From the IMG/VR virus record IMGVR_UViG_3300042154_001013, positions 1-31,444 of that record: a stretch of DNA of 31,444 nucleotides. One strand, written 5' to 3'. The notes under the pieces were generated by a model that had not been told where the DNA came from, made no database searches, and saw only the letters and a list, made by a program, of their open reading frames with translations. This DNA comes from a virus (taxonomy: Duplodnaviria; Caudoviricetes). This document shows positions 8,236 through 18,717 of the stretch, in pieces. Numbering within the stretch: position 1 is the stretch's first letter; each line of letters starts with the position of its first letter. The translations under genes were made by a program, and so were the position numbers.

Positions 8236-11200
8236 GTGGCTGCTGAAGACTTTAATATTTCCATTGGCTTGGATACTAGTGCAGCCAATAGTGATCTAGC
8301 TAAATTTATTGCGGGCACAAGAAAAGCTGCCCGAGATGCCAGGAAAGAGCTGGCAAGTATTAAAGCCCCTAAGATAGAGTTGTCAAGCAACATTCAAAGT
8401 GAACTTAAAAAAGTTGAAGCTCTCGTATCTAAAATTAACAAAAAGAAAATTGAATTGGGCGATGCTGCTGGGAGTTCTAGGGCAGGTAAACCTACTAGAC
8501 AGGCTGCCGCTGAGGCCGGGGGCAAAGTTAAGTCATCTAGTGCAGGTTCTTATGGTAAAGAAATAACCCGTCTTGAAAACCGAGTTACATATATTAAAAA
8601 TCAATTAGCTTCTTTAGCTAAAATTGCTGATCCTACAGCGACAGACAAACTTAATGTGTCAGCTTTAGTGGCTGAATTAGCTCAAACTCAAAAAGCCATG
8701 AGGGCTGTCAAAGAAAACGCTGGAAACACTTTTGAGGAAATAGCCGACTTACAAAAACAACTTGCCAAAATTGTGGCAGATCCTTCTATAGCTAAAGCTA
8801 TGGAGGAAGAAATAAGAATTGCTAAAAAGAATGTTGAAGCAAGAAAAGCTGCGGACAGTAAAAGAGCTCAGCTTCAAAAAATTATTGAAGAAAATGAACG
8901 TGGCAAGGATGTAGTTGACGCACAAAAGAAGCGTGTCAGTGAGTTAAAGCAGATGCGAGCAGAGTATGTTAAATCACATACAGCTATGCAAAGGGAAATT
9001 AATAGCACTAGAGCTGAGCTTGCTAAAACTACTGATGAGGCATCTAAGTCTCAGCTAAGTAAAAAGATTTCTATGCTAACTTCTGGTTTAAGAAAAGCTA
9101 ATGAATACATTACTTTTTATAGTGAAGAAATTGAAGACCTTAGCTTTGCTAGCCGAAATAAAAATTTAGGTGTTAAAAAGGATCTGAAGAGACTTGGTGT
9201 AGCTGGTGGTCGACAAGCTATTTTGGGTAGCCCAAACGGAACTTCTGCAGACGCTGCTTTACTTCCTCGTTCTCTTTCTAAGCTTGATATTGGCGGTGAG
9301 CAATCAAGCCAACTTAAGTCTATTGCTAGCACTGTTGCAGATGCATTTATTAAAGCCGCTGAAGAAAGTGGCGTAACAGATCCTGCTAAAGCTGTAGGGC
9401 TTAACCCAGATCAATTAGCTGGAGCTTTAAAATCAATTTTCTTCTTGACTTTAGAAAAAATGTTGCCAAACAAAGTCACCCCTCAAGTTGTTGCAGAGAT
9501 GCAGTCAAGCACTTTAGAGGGAAGAAAAAACGGAACAAATAATGCAGGCGGTATCGCGGTTGTGCTCGATGATGCACAGGCTACGGTAGAAGAACTTGCT
9601 GACGGTTTATCTGAAATTGAGGCTGAAGTTGCAGCCATGCTTGAAAAGTCAAGTGAAAACATTGACACAGCTAACGAGTCAAGTAGAAAAACTCGCGGCA
9701 GCAGGACTGATGCTAGCGCAACGCAAGAAATTACAAGAGCTGGAAGTCGCGATGCAACAGGTGAAGTAACTGATGCAGGAGAAGACAGAAGAAGAAACGT
9801 TAGAGATGCTAGCGAAGGCATCAAAGAAATCCTAGAGTTTTTTAGCTCAGGAAATGATATTAAAGATCGTCAAACAGGTCTTTGGCCTACAACAGTTGAG
9901 GCATCCACAAAACTTGCCGATGAAGGTAAACTTAAAGGTGGAGTTATTAATGCCGAAGAAGCTCAGCTCGCTTTTGAAGCAGCCGTGCTCGCATTCCAAG
10001 AAATCGAAAGAAGGCTGCAATCAGGCGAAGCTCAAGGTCTTGGCTTCTCAACCCTAGGCCCTGCTTCTATAGAAAAAGCAGGCATGCGTGGATTCTACAT
10101 GTCAAGCGAAAGACGCAAGCCAAAGTTTGATGATGGCATGTCTGGTAGCAGAGAAGAAGAGCTTAGTGACTCTGAAGATTCTAAATCTACTCCTCTAAAA
10201 AGAGTTCCATTTTTTGAAAAAGGTTTAACACCTGAAGTTCAGGCAGATTTTGATCGTGGCTTTAGAGCTATGCTTAAAAAGTTTTTTACTGACGCAGGAT
10301 CAACAATAGACCAAAGCCTTCTTGAAGCTATAAGAATGAAGGACGTTATAAGCAGTGGCCCTGTCGGAGGCTTTACTCAAAATGCTCCTGGCACTATAGC
10401 AGATTTAATTGTAAAAGAAATTAAAAGAATAAATTCTCAAAATGCTTCAACAGCTGATGTTGTTAGAACAAATGAAGATAAAATTAAAGGCGCTCTTGGA
10501 AATAATTTATCATCTCAAGCTTTAATTTCTGTGATTAGGCAAGTAACTGAAGGATATGTAAACCCACAGTTAGAGCAACAGCCTGATGCTGACCCAGGTT
10601 TTGTGCAGTATACTGCTGTTACTGAAAAAGCTGCAGCTGAAATTTTACAAACATTAAATGGTGCTTCTGATGGCCTTCTTGAAATTATAACAACTTATGC
10701 ATTAATTTTAAAACAATCAAATGAATCAGGTGCAGTAACAACTAATGCTTTTGGTGACCCTAACTTAGGAACTGGTTACGGCTTAGCAGGTAATCCTGCT
10801 ATCCCAGAAATGGCAAGATTATTTAACGCTGCACAAACTGGCAGATCAACTAAGTCTATTCCAGCTTTGGATGCGTCGGGCAATGCTGTGCCAGGTGTTG
10901 AAAGTTTAGTTGTAGAAAATCTGTTCTCTGGATTTAACGAAACAACAACTGATGTTACTAAAGCCGTAGTTCAACTTGCAAAAGAATTCCAAGCTATTTA
11001 TGGTGGAACCCTTTCAGAACTTGGTGCAAAAAAAGGTATGTTTAACAGGGAGACAGGTCTCCCAGCCCAAGAGGGTGACACTGATGTTGTCGAGGCAACA
11101 TTTGCGCAAGCTTTTGTAAAAAACACTCAAGGCTATATTAAAGAAATGTTACAGGCTGGAACAAAGTGGGTTTCAGGTGGTAAGGCAGATGCTTCGGATA

Positions 11201-14200
11201 AAGCTGGTGGAGCTGAAATTCCTTTAGCTGCAATTGAAAAGATTTTTGAAAAATTAAATGTTGCACCTGATGTTGGTTTGCTTGGTGGTGTTGATCTTGT
11301 TGAGTTACAAACAACAATAAAAGATTTGGCTTTAGGTACTACTGAGGTTTCTACTTCAAGAACTAATCTTTCAGCACAAGTTGTAGATGCTTTGAGAGAG
11401 GCCTTTCGCAAAGCTTCAACTGCTGAGGTAACTTCTTCTGGTAAAGTTTTGGCTCGCCCAGAAAATGCTATTGCAGAAAAGTATGGTAGACAAAGTTTGA
11501 TTGCTGCGCCTAAGAAGTTAGGACAGAATAGAAGCGACAACGTTGAGCTTTCAAGACTTTTTGCAAATCAAGAAAATGCTGAGCGTGATGCTGCAAAGCA
11601 GACCCAAGCTGGACTTATTGCAGGTTTAGCTAAAGACGTTACTGCAATAGAGCAAGCCGGTGCAAATACTGCTATAGCCTTTATTGATGGCTATGAAGGT
11701 AAGATGGAAATTCAGTCTCCTTCAAAGAGAATGAAGAAGTCTGGTAAAGATACTGTTAAGGGTCTTGAAGAAGGACTGTTCCAAGGTTTAGAAAGCTTAG
11801 ACTCTGCAGGTCGTGCACTTGCATCTACTTTCCATGAGGGTTACACTGAGCAGGCTAAGGTTGATGCTGTAAACCGTATGCGTCAACTTCGTGAAGAAGG
11901 CAAACATGCAGAAGCTACGCTACTGCACAGATCTATGAAGATGCCACCTGTCCCTGGCGGACCTGTTGGCCCTGCAAAACCTACTGTGCCTGCACCTGCC
12001 ACTGCTAGTGCTGCAGTTCTTTCTACCGAAGCACAGCTTATCGAGAGAAATGCGGTATTCTTAAGAGAACTCGGGATGCTCACTGAGGGTGTTGAAAATG
12101 CTGCAGATACTCTTATTGCTTTAGATATTGAAACCACTGGTCCTGTAAGTAAGGATGGCGGCCCTAATGTTAACCAAGTGTTTGGTTACTCTGTTGTTGC
12201 AGGTAATGGTGTAGCAAATAGGGATGCTGGTGCACTTCCTGGCACTGATGTTGTTACTCCTAGAATGCGCGGTATGGCTCACGGCATGGTTGTGCCACCG
12301 ATTGGCAAGTTCAACACTGGTGCAGCTAGAGCTTTAGGTTTGATGGGTCCAGAGGGCGATGATTTTAGTGTAATTAAAAAGACTCTTATGGATAGAATTA
12401 AGGGTCTTGGTTATGGTAAGGAAAACACTCAGGGCGATGAAGAAACTTACATCAAGCAACTTGAGGATATTGCTTTTATTCTTAGAAAGATTTATGAAGA
12501 AGATATTCCTTTAGCTATTCACAGCTCATCTATGAGCGATATTTCTGGTTTGGGTAAAGAGTTTGCCCGCTATGGAATTACTGCTCCGACTGGTGCACAG
12601 CTTAGAGATAAGGGCCTTCTTGTTGAGACCCAACGTTTAGCTGAAATGGCTGGTGTTCCTGCTGGTAAAGATCAGAGAACTGTAGGTGCTATTTATAGTC
12701 GTTACACTGGTCAAACTATGGGTCCACAGCTTAGACCTGCTGGAAACGTTCCAACTATTAAGGACAGCGCTGCTGTAGCTCACGACCCTACAATTGATAG
12801 TGCAGGAACTTTAGTAAATGCTTTCACAATGAGGGCACTTAAAGAAAAAGCTGCTGGTAAAGAAATTGGTTTGTTTGGTGAAGCGCTAAGTTGGGCTGGT
12901 GCTACTTGGAAGCAAGTAAGCAGCGCTATTTGGGGTAACCGCCAGAGCAAGGGCGGCTCTGAGATGAAGAGCATGGAGAGGCAAGCTGATCCTGTAACAG
13001 GAAACTTGCAGCCAGTCTATACTCCTGGCGCAACAGGTAAGCGCCCTCGTAAAGATCCTGCAGTTGAGCTTTATGAAACAATGACTGAGGACTTGCCGCG
13101 CAAACCTGAGACTGATGCTCAGCAGGCTGCACAGGATCAGGCTACTGCGGCTCAGGAGGCTGCAAAGCTTAGAGATGATTTAGAGAAGGAACGTGCTAGA
13201 CGTAGACGTTTGCAGGCTAATGCTGACTTGCAGTATGAGGCAGATAAGATTGAAGAGCTTGAGTCTATGCTTAAGCAGGCTTTGCTTGAAAAAGATATTC
13301 AACTTGGAAACGAAGGTCGAGGCAAGGGTAAGGATAGGGCTAACCGTCAGGCTCAGATTGACAAGCTTGCCGCAGATATTAAGAAAGCTAAGGCAGATAA
13401 TCCTGCCGCAGCTGATGCGCTAGCTAGAAAGCTTGCTGCTAAAGGCGGGGTTGAGACAGATTTTGTTGCTGTGCGCCAAACCATCGCAAAGAGCGACCTA
13501 GAAAAAGACCTCGAAAAGAGGGCTAAAGAGGCTACTGCAAGGCTTGAAGCAGCGTCAGGTGAGACAAAGCCACAAGGCCAAGGTAAGGGCTCTGCTAGAC
13601 GCCCAGGCAACCCTATTGCGGCACCTCTAGAGGAGCTGCTTGCTGCTGAAAAGAGAATTCAAGGTTCATTAAATAACCCTGACGCACAGTTAAGTCCACA
13701 GCTACGTAAGAGACTTGAAACTGTTATGAAAGCTATCCAGAAGAGTATCAAGGATGGTGCTGTTGGTAAGCTAACTGATTCAGAGATTGAAGTTTTTAAG
13801 GTTCCTGCAGGTGCAACTAAGGTTAAGGATCGTGTTGCAAGCAAGACCGACATGAACAAGCTTAAGAAAGAACTTGAAGTTAAGTTAAAGGAGGCTCAAG
13901 AAGCCGGCAACCAGTCTGCTATTGATTCCGTTACAGCAATGATTAAAGAGTTTGAAGAATCTCTAGCTAGAGGACCTGTAGGTAAATACAGAAACGGTAA
14001 AGATGCTTTTGCTATTCCAGAATCTTATAGACAGGGAACTGTAACTCCAGGTCAAAGACTTCCTAGCACTATAGCTGCTGGCGGTGGCATGAACCCTTCT
14101 AGAGTTGATCACGCTGCTAGACATGATCAAAAGATTGAGAAAGATCAGCTAGAAGCTAAGCAGTTCTCTGCGCAACTTCAGGGTCAGATGAAGGGCGAAA

Positions 14201-17200
14201 TGCGTACCATGGCGGAAGTTGAAAAAGCTAACCGCAAGATGATGGATGGCTGGATTAGCTCTCGTTATGCTTTGTATGACGTCTCTAACACTTACCAACA
14301 ATTCACACGTGTAATGCGTAGAGTTGGTATGGAAGTTAAGCAAGCCATCATGACTAACGCAATGTACGAAACTTCTTTCACTTCTGTTGAAAGATCTATG
14401 CAACCACTGCAAGATGAAATTGCAGGTATGCGTCAAGAAATCATTAAGCTTACTGCAGAACTACCTGTGGCTTTTGATGAGCTTTCTAGAGTAACAACTC
14501 TTGGTGCACAGATGGGTATTAAAGCTGATGGTATTACAAACTTTACTGAACAGGTAACAAAGTTCTCTGCTATTACAGGTTTGGCTTCTGACACTGTTGC
14601 ACAAAAGTTTGGTCGCATCAGTCAGTTAGCTAAGGTTCCTTCAGAGGACTTTGACAAGCTTGGTTCTGCTGTAGCTTATGCAGGTATTAGTGCTGTTGCT
14701 ACTGATGAGCAGATTCTTACATTAACAGAAAACATTGCAGCCGCTGCATCTAACTCTGGTTTTACTGCAGATAAAATTGTTGGTCTTGCTACAACTATGT
14801 CGTCTTTGGGTATTGCACCTGAACAGGCGCGTGGTGTTATTGTGCGTTTGTTCGGTGACATTAACCGTGCTGTTGAGGGTGGCGGAAAGCCTTTGGACGC
14901 TTACGCTGCTCAGCTTGGAATGACTGCTGATGCTACAAGAGAAATGTGGAAGAGCGACCCTGAAGGTTTCTTCAGAACAATGCTTAATGCTTTGGGTCAA
15001 AGCAAGAACATGACTACAGCTTTAGATGCTTTGAACATCACTGAGACACGTGAGGTTAACACTTTGCAGAGACTTGCAGAGAACATGGATGTTTATAACC
15101 AGTCTATGATGGATGCTCAAGAGTCTTACGCTAATGGAACTTTCTTGGGTGACGCTTACGCTAAGACTCAAGATAACATTGCAACTAAGATGACTCTTGT
15201 TGCTAACCAAGTTAAAATGTTGCAGGATGCTTTTGGTGAAGCTCTTGGCCCTGCACTTGACTTTGCCCTTGATGCTGTGCTAGGTATTTTGGATGGTTTA
15301 AATGCTGTTGCAAACAACCCTGTTGGAGCTTGGGCTATTCGTGTGGCTACAGGTTTGAGTGCCATGGTTGCAGCTTTTGTTGCTTACAGAATGATCAGCA
15401 TGAAAGCTACTGCAAGCTTGCTTGCGTTTAGAACTGCACAAGTTAGCTTAGCTAAGATGGGGCAGTCTGAGACTGGCCTAAATGCTTTTAGAAAGATGAT
15501 CACAGGTCAGGAAGTTTTGATTGTTCGTGCAAACGGTAGAGTTGAAGTTTCTAACAAGAAAGCTATTGAGTCATTTAAGAAACTTGGAATGATTAAAGAG
15601 GCTAAAGCAGGCACACCTGAATACGATGCGATTAGTGCTAACATGCAGCCTGGTCGTGGTGGCATGGATTCTATGGGAGAGTTTGGTGCTAGCGGTGCTG
15701 GGGCAAGACTAACTGACACTGAAAATGGTGATGGCTTAATTCAAACTTTGGATCACCAAGCAGCAGCTAAAAAGGGTTATGTTGATGAAACAATTAAATC
15801 TACTGCCGCAACTAAAGCTGAAGGTGCAGCTACTAGTGCAACTTCTGCAGCTAAGACTGCTGATGCTCTCGCAACTAAAGATCAGGCTGCAGCTATCGTT
15901 CAGCAGATGGGTATTAAGCAAGCTGCTATTAAGCTTAAAGAAAATGAAAACAGAGCTTTGCAGGCGGGTATCGCTGCAGGCAACGTTGACATAGCTCAAA
16001 GCCGTGCACAGATTGCAGCAAACAATGCAGAGATAGCTTCGCTAAATGGTGAAGTTGCTGCTCTTGAAAGAAGAAAGACAGCTATCCTTGCAGGTAACGC
16101 TGCAACCGCTGAGTCTGTTGTTGTAATGAACAAGGCTGGTGTTGCTGCAGGTAAGTTTGGTAAGGCGATGACTTTTGCTGGACCTGTTATGGCTGGTCTA
16201 ACAATCGTGCTTGGCTTGGTTGCAATGATTGCAGAAAAGATGGATTCAGCTAAGGTTAACATTGAAGAAGCTGGTGGAGGTCTTGCATCATTTAGAGAGT
16301 CAATTTATAAAGATACTCAAGCTTTGCGAGAAGGTGGAGATGCATACTCAACTTATCAAAGCAAGGTAACAACTTCTACCACCGGATTTAACGAGTGGGC
16401 TTCTAGCCTTCAAAAAGCAACTGGCGCAACCATTGAAGCAGAAGGTGCTACAGCTGAAACAACTGAAAGCGTTAAAGAACAGACTCTTGCTTTAGGCAAA
16501 AACTCTGCTGAATGGCTTGCTAACGCAGCTATGCAGGATGAAGTTGTGCAGAACATGTTTAAAGAATACTTTGACAAAGATAAGGACCTTGCTGCTCTTG
16601 CTGAAAGTGCTGGCACTTCATTCCAATCTATTATTACAGCTGCACTTACTGTGCCTGGAAGTGGTGCAGTAGATTTTATTAATGACACGTTTAATGGAAT
16701 TAAGATTGATCCGTCTATTGCAACTAAGGTTAAAGAAGACTTGCTTAACATTGCTAGAAGCTTGGATGCGACTACTCTTGCCGGTGTAGAAAACTCTAAG
16801 ATCTGGAAGGCCTTGATTGGTAGCCTAGAGCAAACCGAAGAAACTGCTAACGGAACAAACACAGCACTAGAAAAGACTGCTGAAAGAATTTACACTCTAA
16901 CAAATTATGTTAGCGACCTTAGTGGGCTGTTCAATGATGCGTTTAAGATTCGCTATGGACTAACTGAGTCAACCGATAAACTTACTACATCTTGGAAGGC
17001 TGTAGGTGACAGGCTGTCTGAAGCTAGAAAGCAGCTTGAAGCTATTAACCAAGAAATTGCTAGCATGGTTGCTGACAGGAATATTCTTGAATACCAGCTG
17101 AATATTGCTATAAAGTATGGTGACACTATTCGCGCAGATAAAATTCGTGCAGATATTGCTAAGGCTAATGCTGATATTGCTGAAAAGCAGGCAAGCCGTG

Positions 17201-18717
17201 CAGAGGCACAACAGAATGCTAGCACAAAGCTGACTGGAAATAGTGCTGGTGCTATACAGAACCGTGAGACTATGCGTGGAATGGTTGGTGACTATAATGC
17301 ACAGATGGCAGAGCTTGCTAACCAATATCAGTCTACAACAAATATTGTTGATAGAAGGAGACTTAAAGAACAGGCTAAGCAGCTTACCGCAGATTTTAAA
17401 GCTAAAGCAACTAGCATGGGTTTCAGCGAGCAAGAGCTAAAGCCTTACCTAGAATCTTTTAAGGACATGCAAACTGTAATAGCTAAGCTTCCAAACAGGC
17501 TTACTTTGAAGGTTGTTGCGGATCCTGGTATGCGCGCTTGGCTAGAGTGGTGGGCTAATAATAAGGATAAAGATGGTACAGCAAATGTTACAGCGAATAC
17601 TCCTGCCCCTGCTGGCACTAGCGGTGGTGGCGGTGGCGGTGGCGGTGGCGGCGGCGGCGGCACTGATCCTGCCGGTACTAATCCTGCGGGCACTTCTGGC
17701 ACACAGGTTTCGTCAAGGATCACTAAGAAAGAACAGGCGGCGCTTGCAGGCTTAAACTCTGGTTCTACCAAAAATTCTCTTATTGGTGACAAGCTTGTAA
17801 AAGCTGACAGTGCAGATAGAGTGTTTAGAAGATTAAACGCAAAAGGTGGGTATCGATTTGATCGAGTACTAACAGCAAAAGATGTTAGCGCAGAAAAAGG
17901 TTTTAACGATAATGATAGGTCTGCATTCTTTACTGCTGAAAAAAATCGTTTAAGCCCAATGGAAAGAATGGCTCTTCTATCTCAAGTAGATAAAGATGCT
18001 CTTGCTCAAACAGAAAAAGCTTTACCACAATGGGTTTTAGATGGCATTAGCCTTTTAAAAACATCTAAAACCGCTTACAGCAGATACTATGGTGCTTGGA
18101 ATACGGACACTATAGCTGATCGAATAGATGCTTACGAAGAAGCTGCAAAAAACCGTGGAGTTTCTAAAAATCCTGATGATTTTAAGACACTTATGAAACA
18201 AGATCAAGAAGTCATGAGGCCTTATAAACTTGCAATTCAAAATCTTACTGCAGAAGCTAAAGCAAAGGCTAAAGAGTTTATTGACATTAGAACTCTTTTA
18301 AATACAAATGGATTTAATGGAACAAATCTTAAAGGCTTACTAGGCGAAACATCTTTCAAGAAAACTTACGATAGCTTTGCTTCTGGTGGTCTAGTTAGAG
18401 GTCCCGGCACAGGTACAAGTGACAGCATTAACGCTAGACTATCTAACGGCGAGTTTGTGCAAAGACAAAAAGCTGTACAATACTATGGCCTAGACTTTAT
18501 GAACTCTATCAACAGGCTTCAAATGCCTAGAATGTCATACAACGCTGGGTCTCAACAGGCTGGAAGAAATAATATTATGGTAGAATTATCTCCTAATGCA
18601 GTTATGCAACTAATGGCGATGTCTAACAGACCTATCAACCTTTACTCAGACGACAGACAAATTGCCACTAGCGCAAACAATGGCAACAGATTACTTGCAA
18701 TGAGAGGGTCAAACTAA
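8236..18717 (+). CDS. Giant tape measure protein (3493 aa) with embedded DEDDh exonuclease-like domain
   Basis: SD AGGAG plus GTG start; follows the G/GT chaperone. TP901-family core from about 14360 (YETSFTSVERS...ELSRVTTLGAQMGI), hydrophobic segments, and a C-terminal FASGGLVRGPGTGTSDSINARLSNGEFV motif. Confidence 0.95.
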   Translation: MAAEDFNISIGLDTSAANSDLAKFIAGTRKAARDARKELASIKAPKIELSSNIQSELKKVEALVSKINKKKIELGDAAGSSRAGKPTRQAAAEAGGKVKSSSAGSYGKEITRLENRVTYIKNQLASLAKIADPTATDKLNVSALVAELAQTQKAMRAVKENAGNTFEEIADLQKQLAKIVADPSIAKAMEEEIRIAKKNVEARKAADSKRAQLQKIIEENERGKDVVDAQKKRVSELKQMRAEYVKSHTAMQREINSTRAELAKTTDEASKSQLSKKISMLTSGLRKANEYITFYSEEIEDLSFASRNKNLGVKKDLKRLGVAGGRQAILGSPNGTSADAALLPRSLSKLDIGGEQSSQLKSIASTVADAFIKAAEESGVTDPAKAVGLNPDQLAGALKSIFFLTLEKMLPNKVTPQVVAEMQSSTLEGRKNGTNNAGGIAVVLDDAQATVEELADGLSEIEAEVAAMLEKSSENIDTANESSRKTRGSRTDASATQEITRAGSRDATGEVTDAGEDRRRNVRDASEGIKEILEFFSSGNDIKDRQTGLWPTTVEASTKLADEGKLKGGVINAEEAQLAFEAAVLAFQEIERRLQSGEAQGLGFSTLGPASIEKAGMRGFYMSSERRKPKFDDGMSGSREEELSDSEDSKSTPLKRVPFFEKGLTPEVQADFDRGFRAMLKKFFTDAGSTIDQSLLEAIRMKDVISSGPVGGFTQNAPGTIADLIVKEIKRINSQNASTADVVRTNEDKIKGALGNNLSSQALISVIRQVTEGYVNPQLEQQPDADPGFVQYTAVTEKAAAEILQTLNGASDGLLEIITTYALILKQSNESGAVTTNAFGDPNLGTGYGLAGNPAIPEMARLFNAAQTGRSTKSIPALDASGNAVPGVESLVVENLFSGFNETTTDVTKAVVQLAKEFQAIYGGTLSELGAKKGMFNRETGLPAQEGDTDVVEATFAQAFVKNTQGYIKEMLQAGTKWVSGGKADASDKAGGAEIPLAAIEKIFEKLNVAPDVGLLGGVDLVELQTTIKDLALGTTEVSTSRTNLSAQVVDALREAFRKASTAEVTSSGKVLARPENAIAEKYGRQSLIAAPKKLGQNRSDNVELSRLFANQENAERDAAKQTQAGLIAGLAKDVTAIEQAGANTAIAFIDGYEGKMEIQSPSKRMKKSGKDTVKGLEEGLFQGLESLDSAGRALASTFHEGYTEQAKVDAVNRMRQLREEGKHAEATLLHRSMKMPPVPGGPVGPAKPTVPAPATASAAVLSTEAQLIERNAVFLRELGMLTEGVENAADTLIALDIETTGPVSKDGGPNVNQVFGYSVVAGNGVANRDAGALPGTDVVTPRMRGMAHGMVVPPIGKFNTGAARALGLMGPEGDDFSVIKKTLMDRIKGLGYGKENTQGDEETYIKQLEDIAFILRKIYEEDIPLAIHSSSMSDISGLGKEFARYGITAPTGAQLRDKGLLVETQRLAEMAGVPAGKDQRTVGAIYSRYTGQTMGPQLRPAGNVPTIKDSAAVAHDPTIDSAGTLVNAFTMRALKEKAAGKEIGLFGEALSWAGATWKQVSSAIWGNRQSKGGSEMKSMERQADPVTGNLQPVYTPGATGKRPRKDPAVELYETMTEDLPRKPETDAQQAAQDQATAAQEAAKLRDDLEKERARRRRLQANADLQYEADKIEELESMLKQALLEKDIQLGNEGRGKGKDRANRQAQIDKLAADIKKAKADNPAAADALARKLAAKGGVETDFVAVRQTIAKSDLEKDLEKRAKEATARLEAASGETKPQGQGKGSARRPGNPIAAPLEELLAAEKRIQGSLNNPDAQLSPQLRKRLETVMKAIQKSIKDGAVGKLTDSEIEVFKVPAGATKVKDRVASKTDMNKLKKELEVKLKEAQEAGNQSAIDSVTAMIKEFEESLARGPVGKYRNGKDAFAIPESYRQGTVTPGQRLPSTIAAGGGMNPSRVDHAARHDQKIEKDQLEAKQFSAQLQGQMKGEMRTMAEVEKANRKMMDGWISSRYALYDVSNTYQQFTRVMRRVGMEVKQAIMTNAMYETSFTSVERSMQPLQDEIAGMRQEIIKLTAELPVAFDELSRVTTLGAQMGIKADGITNFTEQVTKFSAITGLASDTVAQKFGRISQLAKVPSEDFDKLGSAVAYAGISAVATDEQILTLTENIAAAASNSGFTADKIVGLATTMSSLGIAPEQARGVIVRLFGDINRAVEGGGKPLDAYAAQLGMTADATREMWKSDPEGFFRTMLNALGQSKNMTTALDALNITETREVNTLQRLAENMDVYNQSMMDAQESYANGTFLGDAYAKTQDNIATKMTLVANQVKMLQDAFGEALGPALDFALDAVLGILDGLNAVANNPVGAWAIRVATGLSAMVAAFVAYRMISMKATASLLAFRTAQVSLAKMGQSETGLNAFRKMITGQEVLIVRANGRVEVSNKKAIESFKKLGMIKEAKAGTPEYDAISANMQPGRGGMDSMGEFGASGAGARLTDTENGDGLIQTLDHQAAAKKGYVDETIKSTAATKAEGAATSATSAAKTADALATKDQAAAIVQQMGIKQAAIKLKENENRALQAGIAAGNVDIAQSRAQIAANNAEIASLNGEVAALERRKTAILAGNAATAESVVVMNKAGVAAGKFGKAMTFAGPVMAGLTIVLGLVAMIAEKMDSAKVNIEEAGGGLASFRESIYKDTQALREGGDAYSTYQSKVTTSTTGFNEWASSLQKATGATIEAEGATAETTESVKEQTLALGKNSAEWLANAAMQDEVVQNMFKEYFDKDKDLAALAESAGTSFQSIITAALTVPGSGAVDFINDTFNGIKIDPSIATKVKEDLLNIARSLDATTLAGVENSKIWKALIGSLEQTEETANGTNTALEKTAERIYTLTNYVSDLSGLFNDAFKIRYGLTESTDKLTTSWKAVGDRLSEARKQLEAINQEIASMVADRNILEYQLNIAIKYGDTIRADKIRADIAKANADIAEKQASRAEAQQNASTKLTGNSAGAIQNRETMRGMVGDYNAQMAELANQYQSTTNIVDRRRLKEQAKQLTADFKAKATSMGFSEQELKPYLESFKDMQTVIAKLPNRLTLKVVADPGMRAWLEWWANNKDKDGTANVTANTPAPAGTSGGGGGGGGGGGGGTDPAGTNPAGTSGTQVSSRITKKEQAALAGLNSGSTKNSLIGDKLVKADSADRVFRRLNAKGGYRFDRVLTAKDVSAEKGFNDNDRSAFFTAEKNRLSPMERMALLSQVDKDALAQTEKALPQWVLDGISLLKTSKTAYSRYYGAWNTDTIADRIDAYEEAAKNRGVSKNPDDFKTLMKQDQEVMRPYKLAIQNLTAEAKAKAKEFIDIRTLLNTNGFNGTNLKGLLGETSFKKTYDSFASGGLVRGPGTGTSDSINARLSNGEFVQRQKAVQYYGLDFMNSINRLQMPRMSYNAGSQQAGRNNIMVELSPNAVMQLMAMSNRPINLYSDDRQIATSANNGNRLLAMRGSN
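12106..12830 (+). other. DEDDh (DnaQ-like) 3'-5' exonuclease domain within the tape measure protein
   Basis: ExoI LIALDIETTG (D1297, E1299), ExoII-like LAIHSSSMSD (D1435), ExoIII AHDPTID (H1516, D1521). Confidence 0.75.
17605..17700 (+). repeat. Poly-Gly (GGT/GGC)n linker with PAGT repeats in the tape measure protein
   Basis: PAGTS-G13-TDPAGTNPAGTSG. Confidence 0.9.

Noticed and set aside
12106-12830. Intein or homing endonuclease as the explanation for the TMP insert
   Set aside because: No C/S...HN-C/S/T splice motifs and no LAGLIDADG or HNH motifs were seen; the motifs fit DEDDh instead.
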